The notes under the pieces: model-generated
Database searches by the model: none
The model's input: only the letters and a program-made list of their open reading frames with translations
What the model was told of the DNA's origin: nothing
Shown here: in pieces, positions 9,513 to 19,900 of the stretch
How the letters are laid out: each line of letters starts with the position of its first letter
Position numbering within the stretch: the first letter of the stretch is position 1
Program-made: the position numbers and the translations under genes
Assembly (NCBI GenBank): GCA_951812585.1
Contig: OX638318.1
Location: forward strand, 88,819 to 152,818
Source of the DNA: Rhodothermales bacterium
Lineage (GTDB): Bacteria; Bacteroidota; Rhodothermia; Rhodothermales; Bin80
Length of the DNA stretch: 64,000 nt
Direction of reading: 5' to 3'

Positions 9513-11687
9513 ATGAGCAGCATGACTTTTGCCCATCACGTTGCAGCAGCCACGAAGGCCAGCGGGGGTATGCCGCCGCCACTGGAGCCACCGGACCTGG
9601 AGTTCTGCTTTGGCGAACGAACCTTCGGGCCGGTGGAGATGCGGAAGCGTCTGCCCAAGCAGGTATTTCAATCCATGGTGGCTGCCATGGAGAAGGGTGC
9701 AGCGTGGGATTCCAGCGTGGCCGACATCGTAGCACAAGCCATGAAGGAGTGGGCACTGGAGCACGGCGCCACGCACTTTGCGCATTGGTTTCAACCGCTG
9801 ACCGGCGCGACGGCCGCCAAGCACGACAGCTTTCTGAGCCCTTCTATCGGCGGAAAGATCGTCACGAAACTTTCGGGAGCTGATCTGATCCAAGGTGAGC
9901 CGGATGCTTCCAGTTTCCCTGGCGGCGGGTTGCGTGCCACGCATGAGGCGCGCGGGTACACCGCCTGGGATCCGACCTCGCCGGCGTTTCTGGTCAAGAA
10001 CCGCAACGGATGCTACCTGGCCATACCGACGGCGTTTGTATCCTGGACGGGCGAAGCACTAGACCACAAGACGCCACTCTTGCGCTCTATTGATACGTTG
10101 GACCGGCAGGCCCGCCGTGTGCTGAAGCTCTTCGGCATCAATGTCGAGCGGGTATATTCCACCGTGGGGACTGAGCAGGAGTACTTTCTGATTGATGAGG
10201 AGTACTTCTATCGGCGTCCTGACCTGGTCAACTGCGGTCGAACGCTTATTGGCGCCAAACCGCCGAAGGGGCAGCAGCTGGACGATCATTACTTCGGGGA
10301 TATCGAAGAGCGCATGATGGCCTTCATGCTGGCTGCTGAAAAGGAGCTTTACCTGCTTGGCATTCCGGCCAAGACGCGCCACAACGAGGTGGCCCCGGGC
10401 CAGTACGAGATCGCACCGGTCTTTGAAGATTCCAACCGCGCCACCGACCATCAGCACCTGATCATGCGCACGTTAGCGCGCGCCGCACGTCAGTACGGAC
10501 TGGTGTGTCTCTTGCACGAAAAACCCTTTGCGGGTATCAACGGGTCTGGCAAGCACAACAACTGGTCTGTCTCGACGGATACTGGCCTCAATCTGCTTGA
10601 TCCGGGCCCAACGCCGCATTCCAATCCGCTGTTCATGTTCTTCTGCACAGCTGTGATCCGCTCGGTGTTCAAGCATCAGGATCTGCTCAGAATCTCTGTG
10701 GCTTCTGCGGCCAACGATCACCGCCTCGGTGCCAACGAAGCGCCTCCGGCGATCATGAGCGTCTTTCTGGGCGAGCAGCTCAGCAATATCTACGAGCAGC
10801 TCAAGGACGGACCGGCCACCAGCAGCATGCGCGGGTCCAAGATGTTCCTGGGGGTTACGGGCCTGCCCACTTTACCGAAGCACGCCGGTGATCGCAACCG
10901 CACCTCGCCGTTTGCCTTTACGGGCAACAAGTTCGAGTTCCGTGCGGTTGGCTCCAGTCAGTCTGTGTCGTTTCCGAACGTCGTGCTGAATGTGGCGATG
11001 GCCGAGTCGCTCGATGTGATGGGCCAGGCGCTGGCGACCGCACTCGGTGATGGCGACCCTGCCGACGAGTCGGTGCTTTCAGACGCTGTTACGCGGGTGG
11101 TTCGGGAGGTGATGGACGAGGCGCGGCCCATCCTGTTTGAGGGCGACAACTACGACGAGGCATGGCACCAGGAGGCAGAGCGGCGTGGCCTGTTGAATCT
11201 GCGCACCACGGTGGACGCGCTTGAACGGATGACAGACCGGAAGAACATCGACATCTTTGAGTACTACGATGTGCTGAGCGAGCGCGAGTTTCTGGCGCGC
11301 CAGGAGGTATGGCTGGAACAGTACGAGATGAACATCGACATTGAGGCCGAGACGCTGGATGCCATCGCACGCACGCAGGTGATGCCTGCTGCTGTGGCCT
11401 ACCTGAACGCGCTGATCAGCGCGTCGGCGGGCAGTGGATCTCACGGCATCGGCATAGCGAAGAGCGAGGTGGCATCAGGCATCGACGATCTGCAGGCCGG
11501 CCTTGCTGCACTGTCCAAAGCGATGGCCGCCCATGGCGGCGACACGCAGGCCAATGCACGGCACCGCTGCGACCATGTTGTGCCTGCCATGGGCCAGGTG
11601 CGTGCAGCCTGCGATGCCTTGGAGCGCCTTGTACCTGCCCACTTGTGGCCGCTCCCGACGTATCAGGACATGCTGTTTGTGCATTAG
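9513..11687 (+). CDS. glnN: Glutamine synthetase, type III
   Basis: 724 aa, the length class of GSIII. It contains [12 protein letters not shown] (the GS NGSG-H motif) and APGQYEIAP. Confidence 0.85.
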   Translation: MSSMTFAHHVAAATKASGGMPPPLEPPDLEFCFGERTFGPVEMRKRLPKQVFQSMVAAMEKGAAWDSSVADIVAQAMKEWALEHGATHFAHWFQPLTGATAAKHDSFLSPSIGGKIVTKLSGADLIQGEPDASSFPGGGLRATHEARGYTAWDPTSPAFLVKNRNGCYLAIPTAFVSWTGEALDHKTPLLRSIDTLDRQARRVLKLFGINVERVYSTVGTEQEYFLIDEEYFYRRPDLVNCGRTLIGAKPPKGQQLDDHYFGDIEERMMAFMLAAEKELYLLGIPAKTRHNEVAPGQYEIAPVFEDSNRATDHQHLIMRTLARAARQYGLVCLLHEKPFAGINGSGKHNNWSVSTDTGLNLLDPGPTPHSNPLFMFFCTAVIRSVFKHQDLLRISVASAANDHRLGANEAPPAIMSVFLGEQLSNIYEQLKDGPATSSMRGSKMFLGVTGLPTLPKHAGDRNRTSPFAFTGNKFEFRAVGSSQSVSFPNVVLNVAMAESLDVMGQALATALGDGDPADESVLSDAVTRVVREVMDEARPILFEGDNYDEAWHQEAERRGLLNLRTTVDALERMTDRKNIDIFEYYDVLSEREFLARQEVWLEQYEMNIDIEAETLDAIARTQVMPAAVAYLNALISASAGSGSHGIGIAKSEVASGIDDLQAGLAALSKAMAAHGGDTQANARHRCDHVVPAMGQVRAACDALERLVPAHLWPLPTYQDMLFVH

Positions 11688-12484
11688 TCCGCATCGGTCA
11701 CCAAGGTTTGAATCGCCATACACGCGAGGCGTTTGAAGACATTGGTTCACGGTGTGGGAGCGCAAAGGCTGATTCCCGCCTTCTGGAGCATTTAGCCGGC
11801 GGCAGCAAGCGGTGGTTTGGATACGTTTCGAGCATAACCCCTTCGTGCACCGGTGCTTCTTGGACACACGTATCCAAGAGCCACCCTGTGGCCACCGATC
11901 AATCTGTTCAATCTGTGGAGCAAGTCGGGTCTGGAAGCGCCTATGAAGGCGAGGCGCGCGCACTGGCCGTGGTGGCGTGCAGAGCGTTCCCGTACCACTG
12001 AGGGTCGTACGCAGTCTCCCCCGTAGCGGAGCACTTCGCACTACATTGGGTGACCGTTACAGGCCAGATTGCCTTCCAACGTCCGCCATGTAGTACTCAA
12101 GAGCGGCCAGCCATCCTGGCTTCGCACAGTCAGTTTTCGGCTTACGGGAAGGATGGTGCATCGCGCAGTATTGGTGGCATTGGAATGGTTACGAGTCGTG
12201 CTTCACACCTTGGCTACCCTGCCTTCGCAACGTTGAACGGTGCGCTATGACGCGGAGCATTTCATTTTCCCAAGGCTTCCAGCGCGACCCGCGGCGTTGG
12301 ATGGCCATCAATAGTCCCATGGGATCGCAAGCGGCACGCACACGCATAATGGGTGAAACTTGCCTTTCTTTTCCGACATCTGCAATCGTTCTGCTCTGGC
12401 CGCAGGTTGCAAAAGGATTCGCTTTGCGCAACGTTTCACTTGCCCAATCCCAATGCAACTCACGCAGTCTAGGCGCTCTGGGTG

Positions 12485-13189
12485 CTACGCCGACTCGTGC
12501 CAGGCGGAAATGTCGCAAAGCGGCTTACGGTGAATGTCGGGGACGGTAGCATCCGTGCTTGGGTAACCAACGGGAAACAGCACGTAGGCCCGCTCATTCG
12601 AAGGACGTCCGAGGATGTCGCGCAGAAAGCGCATGGGACTCGGCGTATGCGTCAGCGTAACCAAGCCCATGTGGTGCAGCGCGGCAATGAAGAGGCCGCA
12701 TGCCATGCCACAGCTTTCCTGGACGTAGTAATTCTTGCGGTTTTTGCCATCCGGGCCAAGGCCGTAAAACTCGGCGAAGCAGACAACGATCCAAGGGGCC
12801 GTTTCCAGATATGGCTTGTGCCAATCAGTACCGAGCGGTGCCAATGCCTTCAGCCATTCCGGTGGCATGCGGCGATGGTAACTTTCGTACTCTTCCGCTT
12901 CGGCGGCAATGCGGATCTTGCGCTTTAGTGCCGGATCGCTCACTGCCACGAACCGCCAAGGCTGGCGATGTGCCCCGCTGGGCGCCGTTCCCGCCGTCCT
13001 GATGGCATCTTCAATGAGCTCCTTCGGCACGGCTCGGTCGCTGAATGCACGTACAGATCGCCGCGCCGCCATCAGCCGGTAGAACTGCCGTGCACGCGTA
13101 CGCATCTCCTTTTGCGAGCGCTCCGCGAACTGCAGCGACACATGAGAATACTTGGCCATGAAGTTCGCACCAGTGGATGCAAGGTGCAC
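12485..13189 (-). CDS. Iodotyrosine deiodinase-like nitroreductase-family flavoprotein
   Basis: RRSVRAF...IRTAGTAPSGAHRQPWRFVAVSDPALKRKIR and the C-terminal VGYPSTDATVPDIHRKPL are collinear with animal IYD as I remember it. An alternative start lies at 13159 (MAKYSH). Confidence 0.75.
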   Translation of the reverse strand: MHLASTGANFMAKYSHVSLQFAERSQKEMRTRARQFYRLMAARRSVRAFSDRAVPKELIEDAIRTAGTAPSGAHRQPWRFVAVSDPALKRKIRIAAEAEEYESYHRRMPPEWLKALAPLGTDWHKPYLETAPWIVVCFAEFYGLGPDGKNRKNYYVQESCGMACGLFIAALHHMGLVTLTHTPSPMRFLRDILGRPSNERAYVLFPVGYPSTDATVPDIHRKPLCDISAWHESA

Positions 13190-13261
13190 GCAAGTGGTAA
13201 TAGCTGCAGAAGACTGATTATACCATCGACTGCACGATGCGTCGACAACTAGTCATCAGCC

Positions 13262-14767
13262 CTACGGAGACAGGCGGCCCAACATGCGCGGAAACGGTAT
13301 GGTTTCGCGTATGTGCTCCAAGTGACCGATCCAACCCACCGTACGCTCCAATCCAAGCCCAAAGCCCGCGTGCGGCACCGAGCCGTAGCGGCGCAGATCG
13401 AAATACCATTCGAAGGCTTCTCGCGGGAGCCCATGCTCATCCACCTGTCGCTGCAGGAAGAAAAGATCGGTGGCCCGCTCTCCCCCGCCAATAATTTCTC
13501 CATAGCCTTCGGGAGCCAGGACATCCATGCCCAGCGCCAGCCGGTCGTCCTCAGGGTCACGCTTCATGTAGAACGCCTTGACAGCCGCCGGATACCGGTG
13601 GATAATAATCGGGCGATCAAAGTGCCATGTGAGGAGCGTTTCGTCGCTGCCCCCAAAGTCCTTGCCCCACACAAAGTCGCGTGCAGATTCTGCCCATTGT
13701 GGAAGGTTGCGCTGCGCTTCTTCGATCTCGCCTATGCGCTGATTGATCACAATCCTGCGTGCATCCATCTGGCGCCGCTTCCACTGCTTGACCTGACCGT
13801 ACCGCTTCCCTATTTGAGCCTGCTCCGCTTCAAGTGCTGACCGCTCCGTGTGCAGATTCTCAGCGTGCTGCTGCAGCAGCTCTTGCGTCTTGGGGCTAGT
13901 CAGCAGTTCTACCGCCTCCGAATACGAAATTCGAGGAAAGGGTGCTTGGACACGCGCCAACGGAGCGGTATCGCGCTTCAGCATTGTGAGTTCTGCTTGG
14001 CAGTCACGCAACACATCCTGCACCAGGCGCACGATGAAGTCCTCGGCGAGATCCATGTTCATATCCAGATCATAGAATGCCATCTCCGGCTCTATCATCC
14101 AGAACTCGGTCAGGTGGCGGCGGGTTTTGGACTTTTCTGCGCGAAACGTTGGTCCGAACGTATAGATCTTGCCAAAGGCCATCGCCATCACTTCACCGTG
14201 CAGCTGCCCGCTCTGGGTCAAGTACGCGGGTGACCCGAAGTAGTCAATTTCAAACAGCGTGCTCGTTCCCTCTACTGCGCTGCCGGTGAGTATCGGCGCG
14301 TCCATCTGCACGAAGCCGCGCTCCTGGTAGAACTCGTGGATCGACATGATCACGCGATTGCGAATCCGCAGGGCCGCCCACTGCCGCCGGCTTCGGAGCC
14401 ACAGGTGGCGCCGATCCATCAGAAAGTCGACGCCATGCGCCTTTGGCGTGATTGGATACTCCTCCGCAAGGCTGATCAGCTCCACGCCACTGGCCTGCAG
14501 CTCCACGCCTCCGATCTGGCGTTCATGCGCCACGACCTGGCCTCGGAGCACCAGCGCGCTTTCCTGGGTTGCCTGCGCGGCTGCGGACCAGGACGCGTCG
14601 TCTACTTCACGTTTGGCAACCACGCACTGCACGACGCCACTCCCGTCTCTAAGCTCAATGAAGTAGAGATTCTTCGAGGCCCGCTTGTTCTGGAGCCAGC
14701 CCTGCAGGACAACGGCTTTACCTACATGGGTCGCTAGCGCCTCAACAGCAACTGCCGACTTGTCCAC
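13262..14767 (-). CDS. asnS: Asparagine--tRNA ligase (with a coiled-coil insertion)
   Basis: 501 aa with a GTG start. Class II motifs present: KIYTFGPTFRAEKS, EFWMIEPEMAF, GEIIGGGER and RRYGSVPHAGFGLGLER. Confidence 0.85.
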   Translation of the reverse strand: MDKSAVAVEALATHVGKAVVLQGWLQNKRASKNLYFIELRDGSGVVQCVVAKREVDDASWSAAAQATQESALVLRGQVVAHERQIGGVELQASGVELISLAEEYPITPKAHGVDFLMDRRHLWLRSRRQWAALRIRNRVIMSIHEFYQERGFVQMDAPILTGSAVEGTSTLFEIDYFGSPAYLTQSGQLHGEVMAMAFGKIYTFGPTFRAEKSKTRRHLTEFWMIEPEMAFYDLDMNMDLAEDFIVRLVQDVLRDCQAELTMLKRDTAPLARVQAPFPRISYSEAVELLTSPKTQELLQQHAENLHTERSALEAEQAQIGKRYGQVKQWKRRQMDARRIVINQRIGEIEEAQRNLPQWAESARDFVWGKDFGGSDETLLTWHFDRPIIIHRYPAAVKAFYMKRDPEDDRLALGMDVLAPEGYGEIIGGGERATDLFFLQRQVDEHGLPREAFEWYFDLRRYGSVPHAGFGLGLERTVGWIGHLEHIRETIPFPRMLGRLSP

Positions 14768-16185
14768 TAGAACCTTGTGCTTTGCAGTTCTGTCTCCCAG
14801 TCTGCCAACTTGCGCTCGCCGGACACGGTCGAATGTATCAGCTCGAAGACACCGAAACCGTCCAGGTCTGCGAAGATGAATTCGGCCTGCCCTTCGCCCG
14901 CGATGGTGTTGTAGGACCAGACTTCATAGGGTTTGTATCCCGTTTCGTAGAGGTGCGGATCAATCGATGATGGCTGCCCATACTTGATCAGTATGCGTCC
15001 GCGGTCAGAACGCCATCCTTCCTCGCTGCGTGTCGAATAGCGTTCATTGGCATAGCCCAGAAGCGTGTAGAACGTCTCGCGGTACTCGTTGGCCGGCGTG
15101 CCTGGCTCCGGGTCCCGCTTCAGCCAAAAATCCATCAGAAAACGGCGACGCTCGTTCAGGTCTTGAATGCGCTCCAGTCGCTGGACTTCGGCTTCAGTGG
15201 CCACAATTAGAATATGCTCCAGGCCCGCTGCAAGCTCCTCTGCAGGCATGGTGGCATATTCGCTGGTTTCGAAGGTTTGCGCCACAGGGGCTTCCGGCTG
15301 CTCCGTGATGACCGACGGATTGAATACAAAGAATTTTTGGCTCTGCTCTGCTTGGGACTCGTTGGATTCATCGAGCAAGACGAGCCGCAGGAAGTACGAT
15401 CCTGACGGCAAAGCGTCCAAGCTAAAGGAGCCAGCCAGAACATCCACGGAGCGCACCTGGCGAACCGTTCGTCGCTGCAGCGCTCCAATCGGCATGGGCG
15501 CGTTGGCCTCTGACACAAACGCCAACAGCGTGTAGGAATCATTGGCCGAGGCCGCACAATCAGGATCGTACGCCTCCGCATAGTACCAGAGCCGCGACAT
15601 ACCCTCGCCAAACAGGAGATTGGCATTGGGCTGGATCATGAGCCCGTTCTTGAAGAACGGGCTATCACGATCATCGGTGCGTGCGATGCTGGTGGCCAGC
15701 GTGATGTCGGAGAAGGTGCATCCACCACTGGTGAAGTATGCGGGTACGATGATGTCGCGCCTGACTTCCACGATCTGGCCTGTGGCGGCCTGCGCTGCCA
15801 CGCGCAGTTCGTACTCTCCTGGCGGCGCGGTGATGCGCAGCTGGCGCATGTGGTACTGCCCCTCGGCCAACCTAGTGGTGTCATCGGTGGTGAATTCCAG
15901 CGTGGTGGCGGTACTCCATACCGCGTCCTCGGGTGTCCCCTCCAGGGTTGCATCGCTTGCGCGCCACAGCCCGAACCCTGCTTCCACGGTCGCTGCAAAT
16001 CCCTCTCCCTGCGCGGCATAGTCCAGCGATGCCGCGCCAATGGCCAGGTAGAGTTCCACCATCGACTCGGACTTGTCATACATAAACGTTGCGTACTCGA
16101 CGTTGATGTCAATAGGGAGTTGTGCGACGCATGGAAGCGTGCTGGTGCACAGAATCCAGGTCGAAAATCGGAGTAGGCACTTCAT
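14767..16185 (-). CDS. GWxTD domain-containing secreted protein
   Basis: The C-terminal EEGWRSDRGRILIKYGQP motif marks the family. I place the start at ATG 16185 (MKCLLRFSTWILCTSTLPCVAQ, signal-peptide-like). The ORF-track start at 16539 adds an Arg-rich, non-protein-like extension. Confidence 0.7.
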   Translation of the reverse strand: MKCLLRFSTWILCTSTLPCVAQLPIDINVEYATFMYDKSESMVELYLAIGAASLDYAAQGEGFAATVEAGFGLWRASDATLEGTPEDAVWSTATTLEFTTDDTTRLAEGQYHMRQLRITAPPGEYELRVAAQAATGQIVEVRRDIIVPAYFTSGGCTFSDITLATSIARTDDRDSPFFKNGLMIQPNANLLFGEGMSRLWYYAEAYDPDCAASANDSYTLLAFVSEANAPMPIGALQRRTVRQVRSVDVLAGSFSLDALPSGSYFLRLVLLDESNESQAEQSQKFFVFNPSVITEQPEAPVAQTFETSEYATMPAEELAAGLEHILIVATEAEVQRLERIQDLNERRRFLMDFWLKRDPEPGTPANEYRETFYTLLGYANERYSTRSEEGWRSDRGRILIKYGQPSSIDPHLYETGYKPYEVWSYNTIAGEGQAEFIFADLDGFGVFELIHSTVSGERKLADWETELQSTRF

Positions 16186-16914
16186 TGCTGGCTGTAGCTT
16201 GCTGTAGCTTGGGGTTGAAGTCCGGCTGCTGCCGCCGAGGCGCACGACACGCCCACTACTAAAGTTACGATGCCTAACGCAAAAACTTGTTGTCATTTGC
16301 ACGTTCGATGCACGGTTTCCGGTCCAACGCACCGGTCGCGCGCGCAAGACAAGGTGCTGCCCGGCCCACTGCGCGGCAAGAGAACGCAGCAATGCAGACA
16401 TCGGCGACCCCCAGCGTGACCGGCATCTAACGAGCCGCCACCGCGGGCGTTTTGGCATCGGCACGCGCAGCGCGCAGGCGTTCCTGCCACTCATTACAAT
16501 CAGATGCTTGCTGCCGCGCCAGTAACAGGAGCCATGCACGGCGCAATGAAGAAGCAGTTTCGGCTCACGTCTGGGCGTGCCCGCGGCACTTGGGACGCCG
16601 CCGCTCAGGTGGTTTCTTTAACGGCATTGAAAATGCGCCGCTGCCGTGCATATCAGGACAGACTTTCTGCAAAGCGACTGCAAACCCACGCATCTATCAG
16701 CGGCCATCCCAACCGGTTACGATCCATCCGCGTCCCAGCCTAGCTAATTTTGATACCATGTCTCACGCCTCTTCATTTAGCCTGCGGTAAATCCTTGTGT
16801 ATCCAGATCTTGCTCTCTGCGCGGTATGCGCGCATTTGCCGGTGCCGGTGGTGTAATAGCCACGAGAGACTGTGGCCATGCCATGCTTGCGCCCGGCGGT
16901 GTGCACTGCGCTAA

Positions 16915-16951
16915 ACGAACAAGGCTGCCTGTGCACTGCACAGGCAGCCTT
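16915..16951 (-). terminator. Candidate rho-independent terminator of the autotransporter gene
   Basis: A 13-bp perfect stem (aaggctgcctgtg / cacaggcagcctt, 16921-16951) lies 28 nt after the stop. It is followed on the minus strand by GTTCGTTTAG, a weak T tract. Confidence 0.45.
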
Positions 16952-16978
16952 GCCGCTTGATAGCCGTATGGGGGTTGG

Positions 16979-19900
16979 CTACTTCAGCTTGACGCTGCCG
17001 CGAAGCCCTACCCTGGTGCTGGCTCCCGCATGGCCGCTCACATTCTGCTCGGTAAATACATCAACTGTTACCATCGGCTGGGAACCACCCTGCTGGCCCA
17101 GCACAGCTATGCTCGTACCAGCTTGCACGTTGTATCCGGAGTAGGCGTTGTTGGTCCAACGCCCGAACGGCGCCATGCGCGTGCGCGCGCTGACCGGCAT
17201 CTTGTACCCTATCTGGACGCCGACTCGGTCGGGGCGGGCCTTGACTTCCGAAGAACCTGCCATCGACATCACCTGCCCTAATGTCCCTTCCTGGCGGAAG
17301 AGCGCATCAGCACCGCCATACGCGTTGCCCCAACTGGGCTCTACTGATATCGCCAAGCCCTCGTCGCCGCCTGGCGTCAGGCGCAATGTCAAGCTTGCAC
17401 CCCAGTCACTGTAGCCCTCAGCTTGGTGCACTAGGAGTGTGCGCGCACGGAAGTCCATGCTCAATCCTGAACCGGCATGGGCGTACCCACCGGATACGGC
17501 CGCCTCTGCGCCAACACCATTATCGGCATCGCCGCCATCCACCCGGAGGCCCATCTCAACGCTGCCGCTATACGATGAGGTGGCATTAGACCGCCGCACA
17601 CCCAGTTCAGGGGCAATGCGCAAACGCTGCGCGCGCGCGGTTACCTCTTCTAAATCTGCAGCGAGGTCCGAATCAATCTGGACTGTGAAAACATCGGCCT
17701 TCAAGGCAAATGTACTTCCAATGGCCTGACGCAGGCCGGCTGCTGCCATCGTCATGCTGAGATCCGTTGAGAGATCGTCACCCAAATCCTCGCTAATGTC
17801 AGCAGAGCCGCTGCCGCCACCCAAGACGCCCCACAGGCTGAGACCTGCGGAGGGCGCGTACCGTACGTATGGATGGATGCCCGTCAGGGACGTTTCTATA
17901 CTGCCATCGCCATTAAGGCTGCTCGAAAAATCAACCTCACCCGAGGTTGCAGAGATGGCGACACCTGCCAGGAATTTGCTACCGAACTGGTAGTCGCCGC
18001 CAAAGTAGATCGAAGAGGTGCTCCCTTCCATGGAGAAACCATCATCGGGCGAACCTTCGAATGAGCCTATGTTGCCGCGACCCCATAAGGTTAAGTCCCC
18101 CTTGGCAGCCTGGAAGGAAGAGTGGGACAGCAGCGACTGGTGTTGCAATCCGATTGGGCTGCGTGCGCTGCCAAGCGTCGACATGCCGGCGAGCGCCGCT
18201 GGCGTAAGCATGCTGTGCATGCCACCCTGGGGTCGCGATGCGCGCAGGCCTAGAAGGCTTGCCGCGGTGCCCGCGAAGGTCTGGAGCGAACAGGATTGGC
18301 CGGCGCTGAATACGCCACACGAAAGCGACTGGCCCATCAGCTGGCCATGGCTCCTGGAAGCGTTCATGCGCGATCCAATGACATCGACGGTTTCCGTACC
18401 TATGGTTCGAGCCACGGCCGCCAGCGTGAACTTCAGGGTGCGTGCCCGCTCAGCTACTGATACTTGAATGGTCACGGTAAACTCCTGCGATGCCGACAGC
18501 CCATCGGGGTCCTCCGCCATGACCGTAACGCTGGTGACGCCGATCGCGATTGGGGTCACCATGAGCTGCGTGCCGCTTACGGAAACATCCGCGACACCTT
18601 GGGTGGCAGCACTGGCCGAGTAGTTAAGCGGATCGCTGTCTGGATCACTGAAGTTGGCCTCCACATCCATGGACAACGTGCTTGCATCTACCTGCATGAA
18701 TACGTCATCGAACGTGCCTACCGCCATGGGAGACTCGTTTTCGTCCAGGATTGTGACCGTAGCCTGCGCCGAAGCCGAAAGGCCATCCCCGTCGGTCGCA
18801 TTCACGGTGAACGCGTAGCTGCTGGGACCACCTTCAAAGTCTTCACCTGATCCCACATAGCGAATATTGCCAGCACCATCCACGCTAAACAGCGCTGCTG
18901 TAGCGCCGGAGAGCGAGAGCGCCAGCGCATCATTGTCTGGATCCGACGCATTCACCCTGCCAACCGTGGTTGGGCCGGGAAGGTTTTCTGAAAGGGTGAA
19001 GAAGTACTCCGCTGCATCAAAGGAGGGTGACTCGTTCACATCCGTAACGGTGACCGTGATTTCCGCTGTAGCCGAAAGGTTACCCGTGTCTGTGACGATG
19101 GCAGAGAATACGAACGGTGGCGTACCATCCTCAAAATTTTCTCCGCTTCCAGAGTAAATGATGTCCCCGTCGTCGATGTTGAAGTGCGCGGATCCAGCGC
19201 CCGTCAAGGAGAAGGTCAGATTGTCGCCATCGGGATCAGACGATTCCGTGGACCCAACCACGACTGGACCTGCGTCGTTTTCCTTCAGCTGGAATGTATA
19301 CGATGTCATCGAAAACGTGGGCGCCTCGTTGACATCCATGATGGTGACCTCGACCGCGGTTCGACCTTCCAGTCCGCCCTGGTCGATGGCCAGGGCATTG
19401 AACTCGTAGCGCTGGGGACCGCCTTCGTAGTCTTCGCCCGGCCCTGTATAGGAAACGACCCCGTTGCTTCTTCCAATCCTGAACTGCAACGCGCCACTGC
19501 CTTCCAGGCTATAGCTGATAGCATCTGATTCTGGATCTGTCGCCATCAGCTCTCCGATCTGCACGGGGCCCGCGTCATTTTCGTCCAGCATCAGGTCATA
19601 CTGGCGCTGCGAGAATACGGGCGCTTCCTCCACGTTTACAACGGTTACGGTGACCTCTGCTTCCGTGTACAGGTTGCGGTTGTCAGTCGCCCGCACCTTG
19701 AACATGAAGGCGCGCATTTCAGACTCGTAGTTCTCTCCGCTCCCGGTATAGGACAAAGCGCCAGTGGCGGCAATGCTGAACGACCCTGCATCGGCACCGA
19801 GGAGCTGATACGTGAAGGGTCTGTCTTCATCGTGCGTCGCCGTGGTGTTGCCTAGGAGCAGAGGACCAGCCTTGTTTTCCATGAGATCAAACGCATAGGA

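Noticed and set aside
586-13189. A possible functional link between the DUF62 (halogenase-fold) SAM enzyme and the IYD-like dehalogenase as a halogen-metabolism system.
   Set aside because: The genes are 11 kb apart, on opposite strands, and separated by unrelated housekeeping operons. Most DUF62 proteins are SAM hydrolases, not halogenases.
16186-16539. The long N-terminal extension of the GWxTD ORF. Similar extensions precede the AddB-like (24770), GH16 (31037), TrbG (59966) and TrbF (60669) ORFs.
   Set aside because: The extensions are Arg-rich and non-protein-like. Internal starts give proper signal peptides or operon-coupled overlaps. The 10-bp tandem gctgtagctt x2 at 16191-16210 lies in this extension and seems trivial.
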